Below are positions 14,101 to 26,854 of a DNA stretch of 64,000 nt, piece by piece. This DNA is from Camelus dromedarius (Eukaryota): contig NC_087437.1 of NCBI RefSeq assembly GCF_036321535.1, forward strand, positions 80,726,001 to 80,790,000, in the 5' to 3' direction. Position 1 is the first letter of the stretch. Each line of letters opens with the position of its first letter. The notes beneath the pieces are model-generated. The model was not told where the DNA came from. It was given only the letters and a program-made list of their open reading frames with translations, and did no database searches. A program made the position numbers and the translations under genes.

Positions 14101-14860
14101 TTTCTCCATATTTTTAAATTTCAAAGATTTCCTTCTTTTGTTGAGATATTGACATACAACATTATATTAATTTCAGGTATACAACATAATGATTCTCTAC
14201 TTGTATATGTTGTGAAATGATCACCATGATGTACATTACATCCCCATGACTTATTTATCTGTTTTAAATTTTTAATTGAATTCCATTGTGGTCTGAGAAC
14301 ATTTTGTATGATTTCACTTTTTATAAATTTACTGAGGTTTATTTGTGGCATATGATCTTCTTGGAGAACATTCTGTGTGTTTGAAAAGAAAGTTCATTCT
14401 GTTCTATTTGTTAGAGTGTTCTATAGATGTCCATTAGATTGAGTTGTTTGGTAGTGTTACTCAAGCCTTCTGTATCCTTGCTGATTTTCTATCTAGTTGT
14501 TCTCTCCATTTTCAAGACTGGGGTTTTTAAGTGTTGAACTATTACTGTTGAATCATTAATTTCTCCTTTTTGTTAGTTTTTGCTTAGTGTATTTTGTGGT
14601 TCTATTAGTAGATATATGTATATTTATAATCAGTATGTCTTCTTGATAAATTAACCCTTGTCAATGAAATGTTCCTCATTGTCTCTCCTTTTTTTTTTTT
14701 GCTTTAAAGTCTATTTTGTCTAATAATAACATAGCCACTCCACCTGCCTTAAGGTTGCTGTTTACATGGTATACCTTTTTCCACTCTTTTACTTTGAATC
14801 TGTTTGTTTCTTGAATTCAAAGTGTATCTCTTGTTGAGAACATATAGTTGGATCTTGTCT
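11180..14860 (-). mobile_element. Old LINE-1 ORF2 remnant (L1MB/L1M4-like), carrying an MLT1A LTR and a short younger L1 3' end (~14135-14250)
   Basis: Minus ORF 12493..12678 contains KPIANIIPNSETLNAFPLRVGTKQRFPLSPL (RT region, cf. KPTANIILNGEKLKAFPLRSGTRQGCPLSPL). Confidence 0.85.
12618..13001 (+). mobile_element. MaLR solo LTR, MLT1A-like
   Basis: Starts tgctatggtttgaatgtttg, ends ...ttgttatagcctgaacagacgaagaca. Contains gatcttggacttcccagcctccagaaccgtgagaaataa. Degenerate 5-bp TSD. Confidence 0.88.
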
Positions 14861-14864
14861 TTGA

Positions 14865-15212
14865 TATTTCATTATTACCAGTCCCAATAGACATAGTCTA
14901 GGTGGCTTATAAACAACAAACATTTATTTTTCATAATTCTGGAGCCTGGGAATCTCAGGATCATTGCACTTCCAGATTCAGTGTCTGGTGTTGGCTTTCT
15001 AGTTCATAGATGTCTGGTTTTTTTTGCTTTATCCTCGAGGGATAGAAGGGGTCTCTCTTGAGCCTTTTTTATAAGAGCACTAATCTGATACGTGACGGCT
15101 CTACCCTCATGACCCAATCACCTCCCAAAGGCCCCACCTCCTAATACTATTACTTTGGGGGTTAGGATTTCAAAATAAGAATTTTGAGGGGAACAAATAT
15201 TCAGAACATAGA
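14865..15212 (-). mobile_element. MaLR solo LTR, MLT1A-like
   Basis: ggtggcttataaacaacaaacatttattt...catgacccaatcacctcccaaaggccccacctcctaatac...ttaggatttcaa is MLT1A in reverse orientation. Confidence 0.8.
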
Positions 15213-15485
15213 AGATCTTGTTTTTTAATCTACTCTGACAATCTCTGCCTTTGATTAGATTGTTTAATACCTTCACTCTTCATGTGAATCAAAGTGTCAG
15301 CAGGGCCATGCTTCCTTTGAAGGCATTAGGGAATAATCTGTTCCATGTCTCTCCTCTCTTCTTTAGAAATTCAGTCCTCCATATTTACATGTTCTCCCAA
15401 CATGTTACATTGGTTCTTACATGGTCTTGACGTTGTCTTCCTCTGTGTGTGTCTATTTCTGCCCTTTTTATAAGGACATAATATA

Positions 15486-16873
15486 CAGGCATACCTTGTT
15501 TTATTGTGCTTTGCTTTGTTGTGCTTCGCATACATTGCACTTTTTTACAAATTGAATGTTTATGGCAACCCTGCATTGAGCAAGTCTGTTGGCACCATTT
15601 TTCCCCAAAACATTTGCTCACTTGTGTCTCTGTGTCACATTTTGGTAATTCTAGCAATATTTAAAACTTTTTCATTATTATTATATTTGTTATAGTGATC
15701 TGTGGTCAGTAATTTTTTTACTGAAGTATAGTTGATTTACAGTATTGTGTTAGTTTCAGGTATACAGTGAAGTGATTCAGTTATATATATTTTTCAGATT
15801 ATATTCCATCATAGGTTATTACAAGATACTGACTATAATTCCCTGTGCTATCTGATAAATCCTTGTTGTTTATCTGTTTTATGTATAGTAGTTTGTATGT
15901 TTTAATCCCATATTCCTAATTTGTCCCTCTTTTCCTATCTCTCTCCTTTGTTAACTGTAAGTTTTTCTGTCTATGAGTCTGTTACTATTTTGTATATTGA
16001 TTCATTTTTATTTTTTTTAATTCCACATATAAGTGATATATAGTATTTGTCTTTTTATGACTTACCTAAGTATAATATTCTCTAGGTTCATCCATGTTGT
16101 TGCAGTATTTCATTCTTTTTATGGCTGAGTAATATTCTGTTGTGTATATATATATCCACATCATCTTTATCCAGTCATCTGTCAGTGGACACGTAGGTTG
16201 CTTCCATGTGTTGGCTGTTGTTAATAGTGCTACTGTGAACATTGAAGTGCATGTATCTTTTCAAATTAGAATTTTCATTTTTTTTATATACACACACACG
16301 CACACACACATGCACACACACTGAAGAATGGGATCATTGGATCATATGGTAGCTCTGTTTTTAGTTTTTTAGGGAACCCCCAAACCGTTTTCCATAGTGG
16401 CTACACCAATTTGCATTCCCACCAATAGTGTAGGAGGTTTCCCTTTTCTGCACACCCTCCCCAGCATTTATCATTTGTACACTTTTTGATGATAGTCGTT
16501 CTGATGTGTGTGAGGTGATACTTCATTGTGGGTTTGATTTGTATTTTTCTAAAAATTAATGATGTTGAGCATCTTTTCATAGGCCTTTTGGCCACCTATA
16601 TGTCTTCCTTGTAAAAATGTAATTTTAGATGTTACTACAGTGACTTACTGAAGGCTCAAATGGTGGTTAGCATGTTTTAGCAATAAAGTATTTTCTAATT
16701 AAAGTATTTTGAAATGAGAATTTTTAGGCATAATGCTGTTGTCCACTTTATAATGTAAGCATAACTTTTTTATGCACTTGGAAACCAGAAAAATTCATGC
16801 GAATTGCTTTATTGCAATATTTGCTTTATTGTGGTGGTCGGGAACTGAACCCACAATCTTTGAGCTTTGCCTG
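15486..16873 (+). mobile_element. Internally deleted Tigger1 DNA transposon (~480 bp without the nested L1; Tigger1a-like)
   Basis: ta|caggcatacctt left TIR and gagctttgcctg right TIR. Internal Tigger1 text (ttacaaattgaatgtttatggcaaccctgc...; gctttattgtggtggtc...gaactgaacccacaat). Confidence 0.88.
15717..16618 (-). mobile_element. 5'-truncated cetartiodactyl/camelid L1 nested in Tigger1
   Basis: TSD gtaatttt at 15709-15716 and 16619-16626. ORF 16401..16595 contains the ORF2 C-terminal [20 protein letters not shown] motif. Confidence 0.85.
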
Positions 16874-17350
16874 TTTTAGGGCCTAACCTACTGACCTCAT
16901 TTTAACTTGATTACCTCTGTAGAGACAATATTTCCAGATAAAGTAGCATTTTTGAAGTACTGAAGTTAGGACTTTAGGATATTTTTTTGGAGGGTCACAT
17001 TTCAACCCAAATAGACATCTTGAAATTGGAGAGAAATTGAGCCCTTTTGGGACTAGAGATTATTTTTTTTCAGAAATGATCTTGTAATCTGTCAGTTTCC
17101 TTTCTCATATTCTTTATTGCTTCTTAAAAATTAACTTCTACCTCAGGACATGTAAATAAAATGAATAAATTTTTGTTGTTTTATATTACCTTTTTTGGTG
17201 TGTTAGTTTTGGTTATAGAACTATTAGGTTTTCTATTCTTTTTTTTAAATAAATCAGCTTGATTGGTGTATCATTTATGTAGAAGAATATGCATCAGTTT
17301 TAAATGTATGTCTATGATTTTGACAGATGTATTTATTGTTTTGCTTATTT

Positions 17351-17586
17351 TTTATAACAATTTTTATTGAAAAAAATTTTGTTTAATTATTTTTAATTAA
17401 TTAATTCATTTATTGGGGAGGTAATTAGGTTTGTTTGTTTGTTTGTTTGTTTGTTTATTTATTTATTTATTTATTTATTTATTAATGGAGGTACTGGGGA
17501 TTGAACCCAGGACCTTGTGCATGCTAAGCAAGCACTCTACCACTGAGCTATGCCCTACCCCCTACCACTGAGATGTACTGTCCCCC
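17351..17586 (-). mobile_element. vic-1-type tRNA-Ala-derived camelid SINE (with duplicated head)
   Basis: Minus strand gggcatagctcagtggtagagtgcttgcttagcatgcacaaggtcctgggttcaatccccagtacctcc + (AAAT/AAAC)n + aaacctaattacctcccc. TSD ttgttttgctt at 17336 and 17587. Confidence 0.9.
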
Positions 17587-18221
17587 TTGTTTTGCTTCTT
17601 TTATTATGGTAAAATACACCTAATGTAAAATTTACCATCTTAACCATTTTTAAATGTATAGTTCAGTGGTGTTAAATATATCATAATATTGTCCTCACAT
17701 CATCATTATCCATCTCCAGAACTCTTTTCATCTTGTTATACTTAAATTGTATAGCCATTAAATAATAACTCCCTATTTATCCCTTATCCCTGAGCCCCTA
17801 GCAACCACCATTCTACTTTCTATCTCTGTGAATTTGACTACCTTCCTCACATAAATGGACTCATTCAGTATTTGTCTTTTTGTGGTTGGCTTATTTCACT
17901 TAGCATATTGTCTCTAAGGTTTAATCCCTGTTTTAACATGTCAGAATTTTCTTCCTTTTTAGGCTGAGTAATATTCCATTGCATGTATGTACAATATTTT
18001 GCTTATCCATTCCTTTGTCAGTAGACATTTGGGGTTTTTCCACATTTTAGCTGTTGTGAATGATGCTGCTATGAACATGGATGTACAAATACTCTTTGAG
18101 ACCTTGCTTTCAATTTTTCAGGGTATATACCCTGCAGTAGAATTGCTGGATCATATGATAATTCCAGTTTTTATTTTTTGAGGACCACCGTATTATTTTC
18201 CCTAGCACCTACACCATTTTA

Positions 18222-18355
18222 TTGTTATTATTATTTTTTTTAGGTGAGGGATAATTAGGTTATTTACTTATTTTTTAAGTGGAGGTGCTGGGGATTAAAC
18301 CTAGGACCTTGTGCATGCTTGGCAGGCACTCTACCACTGAGCTATCACCTCCCCT
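18222..18355 (-). mobile_element. vic-1-type SINE
   Basis: tRNA-Ala-like head on the minus strand. Perfect 12-bp TSD tacaccatttta at 18210-18221 and 18356-18367. Confidence 0.9.
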
Positions 18356-21300
18356 TACACCATTTTAAATTGCCTCTGGCAGTGCGTAGGAGTTCCACTT
18401 TTCTCTACATCTTTGTCAACCTTGTTAGTTTTGTTTTTTTCTTAATTGCCATCCTCATGGGTTTAAAGTGATAGCTCCGTGTGGTTTTGATTTGTATTTG
18501 CCTAATGATTAGTGATGGTTAACATATTTCCATGTGCTTATTGGCCATTTGTGTACCTTTGGAAAAATGTCTTTTCAAGTTCTTTGCCCACTTGTGAATT
18601 GGACAAGTTGGGTTTTTTTGTTGTTGTTGAGCTTTAAGAGTTCTGTATATATTCTGAATATTAATCCCTTATCATATGTATGATTTGCAAATCTTTTTTT
18701 CCCATTTTTGTGATTTGGCTTTTTACTCTGTTGGTAGTGTTTTTGGATGCACATATTTTATTTATGAAGTACATTTTGTCTTTTTTTGTTTGTTTGTTTC
18801 ATATCCAGAAATCATTGCCAAATCCAATGTCATGGTCATGAAGATTTTCCCCAATGTTTTTCTTATGTTTCATAATTTTAGCTTTTGCATTTAGTTCTTT
18901 GATCTATTTTGAGTTAATGTTTATACATGAGTTAGGTAGAGGTCCAGCTTCATTCTTTAGTACATGAATATATCCGGTCTTCCTAGCACCATTTGTTGAA
19001 AAGGCTGTCCTTTCCTCATTGGATGATCTTGGCAGTCTTGTTAAAAATCATTGACCATACATGTAAGAGTTTATTTTTGGGCTCTCTATTCTATTCTAGT
19101 GATTTATATGTCTGATTTTATCCTAGTATACACTGTTTTGATTGAAGTAACTTTGTAGTAAGTTTTGAAATAAAATGTGAGTCTTATAGCTTAAACTTCC
19201 TTTTCAAAATTGTTTTGACTATTGGGAGTCCCTTGAGGTTCTATATGAATTTTAGGATAGGTTTTTCTGTTTTTGTAAGAAAAACTTCATTGTGATTTTG
19301 ATATGATTGCATTCAATGTGTAGATTACTTTGGTCGGTATTGACATCTTAACAACGTTCAGTCTTCCAATCCATGAACATTAGATGCGTTTATATTTATG
19401 TCTTCTTCAATTTCTTTTAGCCATGTTTTATAGTTTCATTTTATGAGTCTTGTCTCCTTGGTTTAAGTTAATTCCTAAGTATTTTGTTCTTTTTGATGCT
19501 ATTATAAAAGGAATTGTTTTAATAATTTCCTTTTCAGATCCTTTGCTGTTAATGTATAGAAATGCAACCGATTTTTGCACATTGACTTTGTATCTTGCTA
19601 CTTTGTTGAATTCATGTATTGGTTTAATAGTCTTTTTTTTGTGAAATCTTCAGGCTTTTCTATATATAAGATGATACCGTCATGTGAATAGAGATAATTT
19701 AACTTCTTCCTTTCTAATTTGGATGCCTTTTTTTTTCCTTTTTCTTGTCTTACTGGCTAGAACTTTCAATATTATGTTGAATAGAAATGATGAGAACAGG
19801 CATCCTTTTCTTCTTGATTGAGAGGAAAATCATTTCAGTCTTTCATCATTAAGCATGATGTTCACTTGGGTTTTTCATATATGGCTTTTATTGTGTTGAA
19901 GCAATTTCCATCTGTTCCTAGTTTTTTGAGAGTTTTTATCATGAAAGGATATTGAACGTTGTCAAATGCTTTTTTGTGTTAATTGGCATCGTCATGTTTT
20001 TTTCCCTCTTTGTTCTGTTAATGTGGTTTTTACATCAATTTATTTTTATATATTGAACCCTTTTTGCATTCTAGGAACAAATCCCACTTGGTCATGGTGT
20101 AAAATCTTTTTAATATGCTACTGAGTTTGCTTTGTTAGTATTTTGTTGAGGATTTTGCATCAGTGCTTGTAAGGGATATTGGTCTTCAGTTTTCTTTCTT
20201 TTTTCTTCAGTATCTTGACTTTGGTATGAGGGTAATGCTGATCTCATAGGCTAAGTTAGAAATTGTTTTCTTTGCTTCCATTTTTGGGAAAAGTTTGAGA
20301 AGGATTAGTGATAGTTCTTCATTTAATGTTTATTGGAATCTACTAGTGAAATCATCAAGTCCAGGGCTTTTCTTGGGTTTTTTTTTTTTGATTAGTGATT
20401 CAGTTTTCTTACTAATTATAGGATCTCTCCATATTTTGTTTCTTTGTGACTTAGTCTTGGTACATTTTGTGTTTCTGGGAATTTAACCATTTCATCTAGG
20501 TTATCCAATTTTGTTGACATACAGTTTATAATACTCAATATAGTCCTTTTTATTTTTATTGAACAATTAACAATTTCCCTAGTTTCATTTCTGATTTTTG
20601 TAATTTGTGTCTTCTCTCTTTTTTTTCCTAGTCAATCTAGCTAAAAGTTTTTCAAGTTTGTTGATTTTTTAAAAAAAGAACCAACTTCTGGTTTCATTAA
20701 CTTTATTATTTTTCTATTCTGTATCATTTTGTCTGCTCTGATCTTTATTATTTCCTTCTCTTTAATGCATTCCATAAATGTTTGTATATTGTGTTTTTAT
20801 TTTTATTCATCTCTTTAGTATTTTTAATTTCCCTTTTGATTTCTATTTTGACCTGTTGGTTAAGAATGTGTTATTTAATTTACACAATTTGTGAGTTTTC
20901 AAGTTTTCCTTCTCTTACTGATTTCTAACTTTATCCTATTGTCATCAGAGAGGATGCTTTGTATGATAACTGTCTTTCTAATCTATTGAGGCTTAATTTA
21001 TTGCCTAAAATATGGTCTATCCTAAAGAATGTTCTATGTGTGCACTTGAGAAGAATGTGTATTCTCTTGTAGGGTACTGTGTTCTGTGTGTGCTTGTTAA
21101 TTGGTTTTTTGTGTTGTTCAAGTCCTTACTTTTGTCAGGTTGTTCTAGCCATTAATGAGAATGGGATATCAAACCCTCCAACTATTATTGTAGAACTGTC
21201 TATTTCTGTCTTCTTTTCTGTCAATTTTTACTTTTTGTCTTTTGATAATCCATCATTAGGTGTGTAAATGTTTGTAATGATTAAATCTTTTGGCTGTTTT

Positions 21301-22177
21301 ATACCTTGTGTGAATATATAATATTTTTCTTTGTTTCTTATAGCCTTTTCTGATATAAAATTTATTTTGCCTGATATTAATATAGCTATGCTCTCTTTTG
21401 GTAGTTTTTACATGGAATATCTTCTTCCATCTTTTCTCCTTCAACCTATTTGTGTCTTTGGATCCAATGTGAATCTTGTGTAGGCAGCATATAGTTGGGT
21501 CATATTTTTTTATTCATCCTGCCACCCTCCATTTTTTGACTGGAAAATTTATTTATGTTTGAAGTAATTATTAAAAGAGAGTGATTTATTTCTGTCATTT
21601 TGCTATTTGTTTTCTAAATATCTTATAGCTTTTTTGTCATCCCATCTTTCCTTCATTACTCTTGTTTTCATTTGGTTGATTTTTTGGTAGTCAAATGTTT
21701 AAATTCCCTTTTCTTTTCCTTTTGTATAGCTGTTTTCTTTGTGGATTCCATGGGGATTATGTTTAACATTCTGAAGTTATTGTACTCTAATTTGGGTCTC
21801 TAACCTGCTTAATTTGAACAACATGAAGAAATTGTTACTTTACAGTTCCATCTGTACCTCTTTCAATTCTTGATGTCAAAATGTAATGTCTTTGTATATT
21901 TTATGCTAAAAACATAAGCTAATAATTATTTTAAATACATTTTTCTTTACATTACGTAGAAAACAAATGTTGAAGTTAAAAACAAAGTTGAAATAATACT
22001 AGCTTTTAGACTAATTGTTTTCTTTAAAAAGTATTAGTCTGTTAAGTCATGTAGAAAACAGAAGTGGAGTTACAAACTAAAATTATGGTAGTAAGAACTT
22101 TTATAATTGTCCATATATTTACTTTTATTGAGATTTTTATTTCTTCATATAATGTTGAGTTTCTCTGTAGTGCTTTT

Positions 22178-22296
22178 GGGTGGGGGGTGGTGGTAATTGT
22201 GTTTATTTGTTTGTTTTAATGAAGGTACTGGGGATTGAACCCAGGACCTCATGCACCCTAACCATGCATTCTTAACCACTGAACTATACCCTCCCC
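22178..22296 (-). mobile_element. vic-1-type SINE
   Basis: tRNA-like head (reverse of ggggagggtatagttcagtggtt...ggtcctgggttcaatccccagtacc). Perfect 13-bp TSD ctgtagtgctttt at 22165-22177 and 22297-22309. Confidence 0.9.
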
Positions 22297-22572
22297 CTGT
22301 AGTGCTTTTTCATTTCACTGTGCAAGACTCCCTCGAGCATTTCTTGCAGGACAGGTCTTGTGGTAACAAAGTCCATTGGGTTTTGTTTGTCTGGGAATGT
22401 CTTAATTTCTCCCTCAATCTTGAAGTATAGTTTTGCCAGATATATAATATTTGGTTGAGAGTTTTTTTCTTTTAGAAATTTGAGTATATGAGCCCATGGA
22501 CTTCTGGCCTCCAAAATTTCTAGTGAAAAATCTTATTATCTTATTGAGAATCTCTTATATGCAACAAATCAC

Positions 22573-22608
<36 letters not shown>

Positions 22609-23424
22609 CAAGAATTTCTCTTCATTTTTGGCTTTCAAAAGTTTTAGACAGGTGGAACTTACAACTTTGAGTGGAGGTTCAACCACAGTGGCTGCTAGCC
22701 TCTTGGCCTGCAGCTCTGAGGTTAGACGCTCTACTTAGTGATCAGAGCACAGATCACTAATATTTGGAGGGTAGGGTCCTTTTTGTCCACCCTGGTTTCT
22801 GCCTGCTGAGTGTAAGCTGTTCTTGTAACATATGCCCTGCTGCTGCCAAGGAGGTAGGGATTTGGGATGGGTAGCTGCTACTGTGCTAAGAGCTGAAATT
22901 GACCACAATTAATGACAGTTTACCCAGGCCTTCTCCTGAAGTTGCAAGCCTTCAAAAGACTTCAGATTTTCAAAATAGTTAATATTGGACAGATTTTGCC
23001 AGTGTAGTTAGTTGTTCTATAGGTTGGGAGAGGGATTCTTGGTACTTCCTACTCTGCCATCCTCTTAGAATTCTCTTCATTTCTTTTTAAGGTGTGAGGA
23101 AATGAATAGTCTTTTGAATATTTATTGTAAATATATGATGTATTTATGTTAAATTTCAACACTTTGTCATTATTTCCGTGTCCTATTTCCCATATTCCAT
23201 TTTTTTCTACCTCAATAAAAAGTTAGAAATAGAACTTGCCATTCAGGGGATAACTAGCTATATTAAAAGAGGAGTCAGGGAGAAAAAAAAGATGACAATC
23301 CAATTTAGAGGCAAAATGAAAAAGGCAGTAACTGTGAAGTAAAACAGGAGTGGAGGAGCAGAGAAAGGTTGGAGCATTTCTCTTCTGCATCTTGTCTTAT
23401 TTAAGATTGACATTTCTTTAAAAT

Positions 23425-23992
23425 ATTCTTTTTCATTTTCATATTCTTTTTCATTATAGGTTACTTCAAGATATTGAATATAGTTCCCTGTGCTATACAG
23501 TAGAAACTTGTTGTTTATCTATTTTATATATAGTAGTTAGTATCTGCAATTCTCAAACTCCCAGTTTATCCCTTCCCGTCCCCTTTCCCCCCTGGTAACC
23601 ATAAGTTTGTTTTTAATGTCTGTGAGTCTATTTCTGTTTTGTAAATAAGTTCATTTGTATCTTTTTTTTTTTTTTTAAGATTCCACATGTGAGTGATATG
23701 GTATTCTTTCTCTTTCTGTCTTGCTTCACTTAGAAGAGTCTCTAGGTCCATCCACGTTGCTGCAGATGGCATTATTCTTTTTTATGGCTGAATAGTATTC
23801 CATTGTAAAAATATACCACAACTTCTTTATCCAGTCATTTGTCAATAGACTTTTAGGTTATTTCCATGTTTTGGCTATTGTATATAGTGCTGCTATGAAC
23901 ACTGGGGTGCATGTATCTTTTTGAATTAGAGTTCCCTCCAGATATATGCCCAGGAGTGGGATTGCTGGTTCATAGGTAAGTCTATTTTTAGT
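23425..23992 (-). mobile_element. Lineage-specific L1 3' end (ORF2 C-terminus + 3'UTR)
   Basis: ORF 23566..23772 begins MPSAATWMDLE (ORF2 C-terminus). Highly similar to 51650-52220. Confidence 0.85.
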
Positions 23993-24399
23993 AAAAAAAA
24001 TTTCCTATTTTTTTTTCCTGTTACATAAGTAAAGTGGGATGGGAAACTTAAGAAACATAGATAAATAGCAAAGGAATCAAATCACCTCCAGGTAAATATA
24101 GTGATTGAATATATATATCTTTGTTCTCTTTCCTATTCCTATGGATCTTTTCTGTTTTTTATGCCCTTACTTAGGGTCCTGATAGCTATCACTACAATAT
24201 TTTCCAAGGATTGTTTTTGTGATAAACCTTGTGGTTTATCACCTAGTCAAAGTTTTCTGGAGGTAGGGGTGGTAGGTACAAAGAAAGAAAGGAGCAAAGG
24301 CAAAATAAGCAAGGGGAAAACTCAAGACCTTCTATCATGTTTATTTTTATCTTTTACATAGTGATGTCACATCCATGAAGAATAGGTAGGAAACAACAA

Positions 24400-25075
24400 A
24401 AAGTGACATTTAGAGAATAAGAAAAAGGTCTTGGGAATTATAAATGTGGTAGCAGCAATAAGAAATTTCAATAAAGATGAAGCTAAATTATTTTCCTGGA
24501 AAATAGAATAAATAAATACAGTAGGAAGGAAAAGATAAGGAAAGTAGAGAATCAAACTAGATAGCACATCTAAATAATAGGAATACCACATAGACCAGAG
24601 AAAATAGAGGAAGAATTTATCAAGGAAATACTTTGAATATCTGAAGAATACATTTTCATACTAAAAAGGCTTTATGAATGCCTAGCACTATGAATGAAGA
24701 GGAAAAAAGGAGAAAGAAAAACTCTAATCAAGGCACATCATCATTAGATTTCAGTATAGAAGAGATAAAAAAAAGATCTGAACAGTTTCCAGAGACCAAA
24801 AAGAAAAACAAAGAAAACCCCGTTATATAAGGATCAGGCATTGTAATGCCATTTAAACTTTTAGGAGCCACTGAAAGGTATTTCTTCAAAGCAATGTCTT
24901 CAAAATTCAAAGATAATATTGTTTCCAGCCCATTGTTCCAAACTGAACTCATCAAGTGTGAGAGTAGAATAGACATTTTTAGACATAAAGGTTCTCAGAA
25001 AAAAATCACCTGCCATATACTCTTTCTTAGGAAACTCTTTTATGATATGCTTCACTAAAATGAGAGTGTAAGAGG
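24400..25075 (+). mobile_element. HAL1-like (ORF1-only L1 relative) or very old L1 ORF1 remnant
   Basis: A-rich ORF1-like text: aaggcacatcatc, tataaggatcaggcattgtaatg, caatgtcttcaaaattc, atcaagtgtgagagtagaatagacattttt, ctttcttaggaaact. Confidence 0.6.
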
Positions 25076-25397
25076 GCAGACTTTCTTTGTAGAGGAACAG
25101 GTAGTAAATAATATAGGCTTTACAGGCCACATACAGTGTCTATCCCATATTCTTCTCTTTCTGGAACTGATAGGCCACCTGATGTTTCAGCTTTATTGAG
25201 GAGAATTCTGTATCTTTTGTCTGTGATTTTCAGTGGTATTACATGGAAAAGAAGTTAAAGTCAGTGTATAAAAGTTAGGTAATTATTAACTCCTAGAAAA
25301 ACAACATTGTACGAAAAGGAAATGTAACTGCAGTGGCTAGGTGGTTCAGCTTTGAAGAATATTCATGTAAAAATTAACACTGTGGATTTAGACATCA

Positions 25398-25520
25398 TTT
25401 TTTAAGATTGAAGTATAGTTGATGTACAATATTATATAAATTACAGGTGTACAGTACAGTGATTCATAATTTTTAAGGATTATACTCCATTTGTAGTTAT
25501 TGTAAAATATTGACTATATT
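25398..25520 (-). mobile_element. Short L1 3'-terminal fragment
   Basis: attgaagtatagttgatgtacaatattatataa...ttatactccatt...aaaatattgactatatt. Flanked by the imperfect TSD acatcattttt / acataattttt. Confidence 0.7.
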
Positions 25521-26229
25521 AAACATAATTTTTGATGTTAAGTGTATTGGGAGATCATTGGCAGGAAGGGGTGTGATGGAGAGACAGTCCTTTGGGAAAG
25601 ACCCCCAGTGTTCTCCTCACTTGTTGTAATTCATAAATCCTTCTGCTCTCACACACAGAAAAAGCTTGGAACAAAGAGTAAAAAATACTCATATTCTATC
25701 AGTAGATGTTGTTTAAAAGAAAAAAATTAGTGGTAGTAATTACTAGGAAAAATAATAGAAAGTTTTAAGAAATGGTTTTATTGGGGAGTAGAGTAGGATG
25801 GGAAAGTGGATTGCTTGAAGATGAATCCTGTAATAAGAATTTGTTATTTGTGTGAAGGAAATCACATAAACAGTCTGTCGGAAGACTCTATTTAGGGGAC
25901 TTAATGAAGGTATTTTAGGCTAATATGAGCCTGAGAGTTATTTTCTCAGGGACATATCAGGGATTACTTAGTACTTTCTTCTATTTAAATTTTATAGCAT
26001 GTAGCACTTTTAGGGGAGAGGAGTTAAAAAATCATAAAATAATAAAAAATAATAAACTAAAGCAGCATCTGGATTACAAGGGAGTAAAAACCCAAACTTT
26101 AATGATCTTTTTTTTCCCTGTGATATTCAGAGCAAGCATGTAGTTTTTGCATTAAGATGTATAAATACATTGTTTTCTTACACAAATGTTACTGAGGTAC
26201 CACATCAAAGATGAGAGAACTTCCCCCGC

Positions 26230-26630
26230 AAAAGTAAAGTGACCCACAATTGAAAAATAATGGAACAATTGCAAGAAGGGAGAAAGGGACCATTGTAATA
26301 GGGAGAACAGTGTGATCACAAGATCTGCAAAAGGTAGCCAGAAAAGGACTTTTCTTACATTGGGAGGAGTAAACAAGGCTAGAAATAAGTAGGTTTGAGG
26401 AAGTAGGATGAGCAAGTGGTGAGGTTGCACAGTAGGTCAGAAAATGTTTTATCTTGAGGTTAGCCTATTCTAGGGAGTGGTTGTGTGCTGGTTTAGATTG
26501 ATAGTTGGTCCAAAGTTCTTAGGCCTGGGCAAAGTAGAGACATTTAAAGTTTGATTAACAAGCAGTTTGTTCTTGTAGATCAGTGGAGACATGAAATTCA
26601 GCTGATCATGTATGAGGTTTAGGGGAGGAA
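26230..26630 (-). mobile_element. Old ERV1-class LTR remnant (family uncertain)
   Basis: gggaccattgtaatagggagaac...aagatctgcaa...gggaggagtaaacaaggctagaaa resembles ancient eutherian LTRs. Termini not resolved. Confidence 0.45.
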
Positions 26631-26854
26631 AAAATTTCTGTATCAACTTAAGTTCAGTGTCTGAGCTGGCACATAAGTGAGAAAAAACAGATTAGCTTGA
26701 GAAAAAGTATATTAATATATTAACATGTGCATCACTCATATGTGGAAGAACGCAACTTGTCATGATATATTTTATTTATATCTGTATGTTGTTCTAAGTA
26801 AAGAAAAATAAAAATTTTTAAATAAATATTTTACTGTTCATCTTTATCTGTCTT

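Larger units (their letters stand above)
15288..17012 (-). mobile_element. MaLR LTR (MLT1B/C-like), split into ~15288-15483 and ~16874-17012 by a Tigger insertion
   Basis: atcaaagtgtcagcagggccatgcttcc...tttataaggaca | tagggcctaacctactgacctcattttaacttgattacctctg...ttaggactt...ttcaaccca. Confidence 0.75.
17598..23080 (-). mobile_element. Near full-span old LINE-1 (L1MB-like): 3'UTR, ORF2, ORF1 C-terminus and 5' region, internally deleted
   Basis: ORF 22284..22514 (EARSPWAHILKFLKEKNSQPNIIYLAKLYFKIEGEIKTFPDKQ) is ORF1p CTD. ORF 21256..21444 (KRWKKIFH) is the ORF2 N-terminus. Its 5' segment (22700-23070) resembles 55260-55600. Confidence 0.88.

Noticed and set aside
12618..15212. Inverted pair of MLT1A LTRs as a provirus or RNA stem
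   Set aside because: Opposite orientation excludes a provirus. The copies are ancient and diverged, and they enclose no exon.
17486..17562. tRNA-Ala(AGC)-like sequences (also at 18280, 22220, 45395, 47265, 53360)
   Set aside because: Each has stem-breaking substitutions, the shared non-tRNA tail (aaacctaattacc-like), an A-rich end and TSDs. They are SINEs, not tRNA genes.
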